From the human T2T-CHM13v2.0 reference genome, Homo sapiens, in NCBI RefSeq assembly GCF_009914755.1, contig NC_060934.1: a DNA stretch of 64,000 nucleotides. One strand, written 5' to 3'. Positions 55,517-64,000 of this stretch are shown here, piece by piece. Numbering within the stretch: position 1 is the first letter of the stretch; each line of letters starts with the position of its first letter. The position numbers were made by a program, and so were the translations under genes. The notes below the pieces were generated by a model. That model was not told the DNA's origin. It worked only from the letters and a program-made list of their open reading frames with translations, and made no database searches.

Positions 55517-56674
55517 TCAACCCTGTAAAGGTGAAGGCTGCTTCAAACTTCTGAGCTCAGATATGTCTGAGCAATGGAGTATCTGGGGCATTGCTGGGTC
55601 TAGACTCATGCTAAACACCACCCATGGGGGATGACTTTACCCCATGTCCCAATATTCACTTTATAGCTCATTGGTTTAAAGACAGAACAAATAGACAACA
55701 CACTAAAACAACACAAACAAACAAAAAGAAAAACTCAGGGGATGAGTCACCTTACAAAGTCAAATCAGTGACGAGAGATACCATCAAAGAAGGGCCCAGG
55801 AAAAGGAGACAGTGTGACTGATGCCCTGGCGGTGGCTGAGGGTGCCTCAGGGTTACCAGTCCACTGGGCCAGAGGGGAACAGTTTGCTCCTCATTCCTCT
55901 CACAATTCCAAACACAGGATGTGCATGGTGTGTGTATGTGCATGCACGCATGCTCTGGGGGAGCGGGAAGTGGATTACTTGTGTGTATAAAGTGTCTGAT
56001 GAGTGCAATTGTCTCCACCAATTTAAAAGAATTTAACAAAGAGCGAAGTGATTGCCAGGGCTCAAAGGAGCAGGGGCAAGCAGATTAACAACAATCTCTG
56101 GACTCAACAGCATTTCACTAATTGGCACCGTTTGCCTTGACTCCATGTTACCTTCCTTGCCTGCTCTCCGCAGAAGAAGACAATATCTTTGTCTCCTTGC
56201 CAGCACAAATCCCTAAAAAGCCCAGTAAAAGAGGAACAGAAAGGAGAGGTGGTTATTAAATTTCCCTTAAGCTCACAAACTCATTTCTTTTAAGCTCATT
56301 TCGTTTCTTGAAAACGTTTCGAGGAGCTGAAAGCAGGGAGTCTACCCGTCACCCCACCTGCTGTGTTGGGCTCAAGGTCTGCATATTTTTCTAGGCTGGA
56401 CTCAGCCTGCTTGGAGCCCATTGCAAGGAGGCAAGACTGAGTGTCTTGTGATATTTTATTCCTCCATTCCCAGCACTTCATCCTCATTCTGAACACTGAG
56501 ACGATTTTAATATGCTTGCAACAGAGGGCTCAGAATAAGTCTTTTACACAGAGTTTTTAAAAAGCCTCCTGCCTCAGCACTAATCCACTGTGTCTTTAGT
56601 CCTCAGCCATGGCCCATTCCTTAGGAGAACTCTGGGCACAGAAACCTGTGGATATTTGGTATTGCAGAAAAAGC

Positions 56675-56830
56675 AGAGGTTGGAGAAGAGCCAGTAGACT
56701 GGGTTTCTAGTCCTAACGTTGCCACTCGCCAGCCATGGACATCTGAGAACAGCCTAAGGTCTCTTTGAGTCTCTTTTCCTCCATCTGTAATAGAAAGGAT
56801 TTAGAGAGAATGTCATAGGAGGTCATTTTG
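56675..56830 (+). mobile_element. MIR SINE fragment
   Basis: agactgggtttctagtcct...ctctttgagtctcttttcctccatctgtaa. Confidence 0.6.
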
Positions 56831-57325
56831 GGCCCTGATGCTCTATTTTTCTGTCATTCTGGAGCTCACCCAGGTGTTGGGAAAGTCGTGAGAAACACAA
56901 ATGGCTTAAGAACCATGGAGACAGAAGGCTTTGCCCCGGCTGAAGTTGCAGGGCTAGTAGCCACCAAGTGTCCTATTGAGAATAGTGAAGCAAGGCCCTG
57001 AGTGAAGGGGTACTCAAGTTGCCAAAGCCAGGATGTATCCCTTTGGGATTAAGGTCTAGGAGAAGGTGAACAGAGATTAAAAAATGGGAAAACTGGTGAA
57101 ATGGTCATTCTACCTAGGAGCAGAATTCCTCGGCTAGGTAGGGATTGTGAAGGACACCTTATCTCTGGCAATGCAGCATCGTCTGCCCTGCTTGGCTCTC
57201 ACATTGGTGTTGCTGCCTGGATTTTAAATTATAGTGAGTGTGTAATTAAGAAATTAATTAATAGGTGCTCCCTGGTAATTTGTGTTCCCACACTGGAGTC
57301 AATACATGTATGTGACATTTGACTA

Positions 57326-57712
<387 letters not shown>

Positions 57713-57764
57713 AAGTATATAGGAGAGATTGGTATGTGTTTGTGCATTTACATTTGGAAATGGT

Positions 57765-57858
57765 CTCCTTCCCTCCTTTTCTTCTCTCCCTCCCTCTGTC
57801 CCTTTCTTTCTTCCTTCCTTCCTTCTTTCCCTACCTACCTTCCATCATTCTTTCTTTC
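57765..57858. repeat. CT-rich low-complexity tract
   Basis: (TTCC)/(TCCC)-type pyrimidine run. Confidence 0.85.
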
Positions 57859-58417
57859 TACTGCAAATCAAATCATTGCATGATAGCCAAATGATATCTC
57901 TGCCAGCATCTACTTTGGAAATCACCTGGTCAGAGATGTGTGCATGTCTCCTTTTAATCAAATCAGTGAAAGAGGGTGAGTCCTCACCGTGACACATGCC
58001 CTGGCCAGAGGACTAGGCTCTCCATGAGCCAGGCGCTTCTGCCTGCGTGGAGGGTCGGGTTTCAGCCCTAGTGGCCAGGGCCGCTCGCAGGTGTCTCTGC
58101 TTTAGGAAGTGGCCGCCCACATCATCCTCATTATTCCGCCTGCTCAGGAACATTAAAGTGACACCGTGTGAAAGGCTTAGAGGGGAGGCCTCTCTGCAGA
58201 GGGTCTCCTGAGAGGGAAAATGTGGTGTTACTCTCTAAATCTTTTCCCACTGTGTCGGGTTTCCATAGCTCTGCTTCTTCTTATTCATGTTGCAGCTGAC
58301 TGCCTGATCCTAAAGGCTGAGAACAAGGACTTGGTTTCTGTAAGTTATATAAATGAGTTCCATTTTTCTAGTAGTAAAGATCACATGCTTTTTTATTTTT
58401 TTTGTCTTTTGGACACC

Positions 58418-59031
58418 TGTATTGGTTAGAGTTCTCCAGGAAAATAGAACTGATAGGATGTATATATGTGCATGTATGTGTGTGTGCATGTATGTGTATA
58501 CATGTGCACACATGTTTTTGTGTGTGCTTGTATGTGTGCATGATGTGTATATGTGCGTGCATGTTCGTGTGTGTGCATGTGTGTGTGTGTGCACGTGTGT
58601 GTGTGCGTGCATGTAAGTAAATGTATTTATAAGGAATTGGCTCACATGATTATGGAGGCCAAGTTCAAGATCAGCAGTCGGCACGGTGGAGACCCAGGAG
58701 AGCCGATGTGTGGTTTCAATCTGAAGGCTGTCAGGCTTGAGACCCAAGAAGACCTGCTGTTTCTGTTTGAGTCCCAAAGCAGGAAAAATCTGTTGCCCCG
58801 GTTCAAGGGCAGAGACAGAGAATTCTTTCCTATTCAGCCTGTTGCTCTAGTCAGGCCTTCATCTGATTGGATGAGGAACACCCAGACTGGGAGGGCAATC
58901 ACCTTACTCAGTCTACTGATTCAATGTTAATTTCATTGAAAATGCCCTTATGGACACACTCATATAATGTTTGACCAAATATGTGGGCACCCATGGCCCA
59001 GACAAGTTGATTTGTACGACAGACTATCACA
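58418..59031 (-). mobile_element. MLT2 (B/C-like) ERVL solo LTR with internal (TG/CATG)-rich tract
   Basis: gttctccagg...taaggaattggctcacatgattatggagg...tgattggatgagg...ctatcaca; TSD acacc/gcgcc. Confidence 0.9.
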
Positions 59032-59692
59032 GCGCCCATGCTCAAGTCAATGAGCCACACAGAGGCTGAGCTCTTTTTCCCATCTCCTTCTAGGACAAGA
59101 ATTGTTGAAGCCGGGGTCAGGATGGGGGATGCTGAAGTGCTCATACACTCTAAACCAGAGGCTTCCTAGAGCCTAAGGGGTAGCTGAGAAGACAGCCAGG
59201 TAACTAGGACTGCCAGTGCTGACAGTGGGGGAGGAGGTCCCAGGCAATGCACTCTGAAGTCTTTCAGCCCATCTGCATTTTTGGAGAGGTCCCTAAATTT
59301 TTTTTTTACTGGGTCCAAACCCACCAACTTACCCCTGAATCCTGGTTCTCGCATTTCCATTCTTAGTCTCAGTCCTTGCACCCAGCACCTCTGTCTTCAG
59401 TCCTATAAACAGTGTCTTCTGCTCTCAGTTGGGGCAGGTGGATGGATTAACTCACTCACTCCTGGGCTGACAAAGGCTCTTTGAAAATCTCCCTTCCTCT
59501 CAGAAGCATTGCAGCTGAAACACTGATTCTTAAATGCCCAAAGCCTTCAAGTTTCAAAGGAGAAAAGTGTAATATTGAAAGATATTTGCTAAATTTAGAT
59601 TTGAAAGAAGGGGGCTGGGCTTGGGCTACATTGTTTGACATTTGATCTGTGTCACTACAGTCTTTGACAGTGGTTAATTCAAATAAGAGAAG

Positions 59693-59714
59693 GTGTGTGT
59701 GTGTGTGTGTGTGT
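59693..59714. repeat. (GT)n microsatellite
   Basis: Directly visible. Confidence 0.9.
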
Positions 59715-60687
59715 AAACACACTGGTGCGAACTCAAGTTTTCACTGATTCTTACGGTTTACTCAAGTCACTTGTCTTCCTATTTACATATTCAACTGTCT
59801 GTCTCATTTATCTTATTTATTAAAACAAAATTCACTGTGGCATTAAGGCCCACCTCTGGAAATATAGATCTCATTAAGAAATTCTCCCTCTTGTCAATTC
59901 TAACTTTCTGTATTGTACCAAAATACAAACCACTCTGATAGGTAGAAAGCTGCTATTAATCTTGCCAAGTTTGTCTTACATAATTGATAATAAAACCGAA
60001 CATGGCTAAGTTTTAAAAATCTTCTTCCTTTATTATTATTATTACTATTAATTTTAAAACCACGCCTAAAGAACAGCCAGCCCTCGGAAGTGAAAAAAGT
60101 TAATGAAATTTCTCATTTCAAAGATGCACCTGGGGCTTAGCATCTTGGAACTGCACTGAAAAGTGGGGAGAAATCAGAGCGATGCATGTTCCCCTAATGC
60201 CTGGAATAACATGAAATCTGCCTGATGCCTATGCCTCGTGGAGATAAAGACCCATTTTTTTTTATATTATTAGACACAATTATGAGAAGCCAGAGAAAGT
60301 GAAAAAAAAATACACATTTCTGTATTCAAATGGAAATAAGTGCTTCATTAGTAATAAAGGCTCTAGGTTATGTTACCATGTAACCTTTTGTTCAAACATG
60401 ATGTTTGAAATTTGCATAAGTAGTCAGCTGTGTATATCTCAGGGCTATTGAAATGCTATGACTCACCAATCTAAGCAGCCTCATAAACAGTGTTTTTCTC
60501 CTTTTCTGGTGCCCTTGTTTTCACAGAAACACAGCTGCACGGCACTGACAGAGAACTCGCAGAGTAAAAAGGAACCCACAATAAACGAGCTGCTTTGCGC
60601 CATGTTCACAATTTCCTTGCAGGGTGGGAGCAGAGATGGTCCGAGTAAACTGACCCATTTGGAAGCCCACTTGGAAACTGGGTTCCT

Positions 60688-61040
60688 TTTTTTAAAAAAA
60701 TAAATTTATTTCCATAGGTTTTTGGGGAACAGGTGGTATTTGGTTACATGAGTAAGTTCTTCAGTTGTAATTTGTGAGATTTTGTGCACCCATCACCCAA
60801 GCAGTATACACTGAACTCAGTGTGTAGTTTTTTATCCCTCACTCCCCTCCCACGCCTTCTCTCAGGTCCCCGAAGTTCCTTATATCATTCTTATGCCTTT
60901 GCATCCTCATAGCTTAGCTCCCACTTATGAGTGAGAACACATGATGTTTGGTTTTCCATTCCTGAGTTACTTCACTTAAAATAATAGTCTCCAGTTCCAT
61001 CCAGGTTGCTGTGAATTCCATTAATTTGTTCTTTTTTATG
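60688..61040 (-). mobile_element. L1PB1-like 3' end
   Basis: ttttggggaacaggtggtatttggttacatgagtaagttctt...ttggttttccattcctgagttacttcac. Confidence 0.92.
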
Positions 61041-61609
61041 GGCTCATTCTTAAATGAAATCTTGGCAACCATAGAACTTCTTGTTTTAAAGGAGGAGAAG
61101 GAGGCATGGGGAAAGGTTCAGAAGACTGCCTGGACTTCAATGGAACTTACATATAATTTTCTGCATTACGTATAAATCCATCAGAAACATATGGAATGCA
61201 TTTTCATTAAAGTTCACATGTGGAATTATTAATAGAAATTCAGTGGGAAAGAACAGTTTTGGGAGTGTGGGGGTGTGGAGGGACAAGGGAAGAACATGTT
61301 TTGTGGAACTCACGAAATGCACAAGTTCCCAGGAGGAAGTGTTTGGGTTTGCCCCTAGCTCACAAAGCCTCTGGGATTTCTGTCCCTTCAGCGTCTAAAG
61401 TCAAATGAAATCCTTCACCTGCAAGTGAAGTGAGTGATCAGCTGCTGCATGCAGACTCCAGAGGGTGTATAGCTCCTGGGAGGTTTCTGGAAGCTGCCCC
61501 CAGAGAGCCTGCAGTCTACTCGGGTAGAAGGACAACAGGTGGGCGACCAGGGAAGCACCAGAGACACGTCTGACTTTGTGAGTCACAAACATTTTCTAAA
61601 ATGAGGTAG

Positions 61610-62392
61610 TGAAATGGGAGAGTTCCCTGACCCCCACTGCAGGATGTGCGACAGGGGTGTGGCTCGTCTGTTCGGCCACTGTGTGTGCTCAAACCCCCTA
61701 TGGGAAGGGGAGCATGCAGATGGGCAGGTGCAGGAACTGGGCAAGGGCTTTTGGGTTCCAACCCCATGGTAGTGTCTAGTAGTGGGTGTCTTCAATTCTC
61801 AAAGCCCCAGTGGGTGTGCTACAGTGCTTTTTTAAGCTTTGCCCTCCACAGATGCTTAAGTGTTAACCAGCTCAGTGCCCTCTTGTTACCTGGATTCTTC
61901 TCTGGCATCCAGGAAGAATCAGGTCACACACACACTCGAAGGATGGTGAATGCAGGAATTTCACTGGGTGATGGAGGTGGCTCTCAGTGGGATGGATTGG
62001 GAGCTGGAAAAGGGATGGAGTGGGAAGATGATCTTCCCCTCATCAAGGAAGTTCTGATGATCGGCTGTGCCACAGCTCACCTCCTCTCTGAGCACCCCCA
62101 GCCAAATTCCTCTCGACACTCAGACACTCCTTCTTTTCTCTCCTTCTCTGCTGCGCTGCTCTTTTGCTCTTCTGCTCTTCTGTTCAACTGCTCATCTGCT
62201 TGTGGAGCCTGGGGTTTGGGGTTTATATGGGCATAGGATACAAGGTTGTGACAGGCAAAAAGCCAGCATTTGGGCATGAAAACAGGAATGCCTGTTCCCA
62301 TTTGGGATGCTGGTTTCCAGGCTTGAGGGTGGGGCCTTTGCCAGGGAACTGCCCTCTTCTGCCCAGTATTTCCCTGTCTCCTGTTTGTATCA
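61610..62392 (-). mobile_element. LTR1/LTR27-group ERV1 solo LTR
   Basis: The minus strand starts TGATACAAACAGGAGACAGGGAAATACTGGG; perfect 4-bp TSD gtag. Confidence 0.85.
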
Positions 62393-63559
62393 GTAGGACT
62401 TGCTGCAAGTCACCTAAGGTGGGCTCGACATCACAGCCTCTCATTTTGAATTAGTGAAAAAAGTCCTGCGGACAAAAGTGGTTGAAAGTATTTGGATGGC
62501 TCCAGCACCTCTGTGTGGATTTTAAAAGAAATATCTGATGAGAAGAGGGCACACTCATGCTTGTCCTCTTTTGTCACTAATGTGAGTGAAGATAGATAAG
62601 TCACTTCACTTCCTCTTGGGACTCTGGTCCCCTCAATTATGAAGTCAGAGGTTTGGAGTCTTTGGTCCCTTTTGGCACTAAATAAAGAGCTCAGATGATA
62701 CATATGCAGGTGACACTTAGACTTGGTCCCTGAGGCTACCTGCCCATGTGGCCAGGTCTGCTTTGGATGGCAGAGGGGAGTTAGGAGTTTTCATAGAAGA
62801 CTTGGAAATGTTGGGTAGGGAAACTCTGGCACCCCAGGCTGCATTGTGTTGAGAGTGGGACAAAAAGAGCACAAAACAGAGGTTGTACGTCTATGGGCAA
62901 AAGTTTCCTGTTTTCAGAGACCCATGGTGTCAGGGCCCGGGAAGTCCCACAGAGTAGCAATGCCCTGTCCAACCTCACCTACTGCAGAGCAGCACTGGGA
63001 CCCAGGGAGATGAAGCAACACTTTGTTCAGACGTAGAGAAGGACAGAGCCACAGGCCAGGACCAGTCCCCTTCTTTCCCTCAAAGCACATTGCTCTTCTT
63101 TCTATCTGGTAGGTGACAGACATCAGGAGTTACCAACGTGCCAAGGTGCACCTAAGGCCAGCTGGACCATGGTGATACTTCTTCCCAGTGTGACACATGA
63201 TTTAGGGGAATTCCCCAAACCCTTCTATCAAAAATGAAAATGGGCAGTCAATACGCCACCAAGAACATCTGGGTTCAGAACAATGATTTGTTCTAGGCTC
63301 AGAAGATTGATCAAGTTTTCATAAGGAAGAATGAATTACACTTAATAAGGATATTTAAACTTGGCTAGAATCTGTACTGGAAAGGAATTAATACCTCCCT
63401 GCTCATGCGAGCCTTGTTTCAGGACCAGGGGAGTTAGACTTTCAGTCTGGCTCTTGCCATTTTCTGATTATCGGACCTTGAGAATATCAGAGAAACATTA
63501 TCTGCCCAATAGAATTAAATTACAGTTTGATTAATGGTAATATAATTATCATTAAAGTG

Positions 63560-63809
63560 TAATAAGAGCTCCCATTTGTGGAGCATTTTGCATTACTTTA
63601 TGTTTACTTTACATTCCTGTAATCCTCATAACAATCCTCAAAGTAGATGTGATGTTTTCCATTCAATAGACAGGAAATGGAGGCTCAGAGAATTTAAGTA
63701 ACTTGCACAAGGTCACAGAGCTACAATGTGGCAAAGCTGGATTTTACATTCCCATCTCTTTAACTCCAAAGCACAAGTTCTCAACCACCATGCAGTATCA
63801 TACTGCCTC
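63560..63809 (-). mobile_element. Near full-length MIR
   Basis: taatcctcataacaatcct...gaaatggaggctcagagaatttaagtaacttgcacaaggtcacag...atactgcctc. Confidence 0.85.
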
Positions 63810-64000
63810 CCCCATGGACTCATTACATGACCCCCCTGTTACCCATATCCTAGGCTTGCTGCGAGGTTAACTTATGTGTATCCAGCCTCATACATTGATG
63901 GCAGAAAGTCTCTGTTCTGGATACTGAACCCTCACCCTTTATCTTGAACTCTGGTCATCTTGAATTTTTTGATGAGACCTTAGAGAAGTGATTGACCTAT

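Noticed and set aside
58310-58930. His/Thr- and Cys/Val-rich ORFs
   Set aside because: Translations of the (TG)-rich tract inside MLT2.
61646-62236. 196-aa ORF
   Set aside because: Lies wholly within, and antisense to, a solo LTR; no gag/pol/env or cellular motif.

Overview
This is primate (very likely human) non-coding genomic DNA. I found no supportable protein-coding gene, RNA gene, CRISPR array or prokaryotic feature, and I could not assign the chromosomal locus from sequence alone. The window is a mosaic of interspersed repeats: about 22 Alus (J, S, Y), about 11 L1 fragments, about 15 solo LTRs (THE1, MLT1, MLT2, MER41, MER39, MER21, LTR1-, LTR9/MER50-, LTR66- and LTR78/79-like), many MIR/L2 relics, hAT and mariner DNA-transposon fossils, and microsatellites. 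The longest ORFs in the supplied track come from these repeats or from low-complexity DNA, and none resembles a protein I recognise except LINE ORF2 remnants. I see no evidence for a new multi-gene system. The best second-look items are: an Alu with a 5' inversion and twin-priming signature (19.35 kb); a still-readable CR1/L3 reverse-transcriptase fossil (26.0-26.6 kb); a candidate enhancer rich in MAF half-sites with C/EBP, ETS and E-box motifs (42.2-43.2 kb); a perfect RFX palindrome and D-box next to a G4-prone minisatellite (15.8-16.6 kb); an orphan A47 tract; two three-layer nested insertions; and a few candidate unannotated exons. Repeat family names are recognised by eye from recalled consensus sequences and should be confirmed with RepeatMasker/Dfam.
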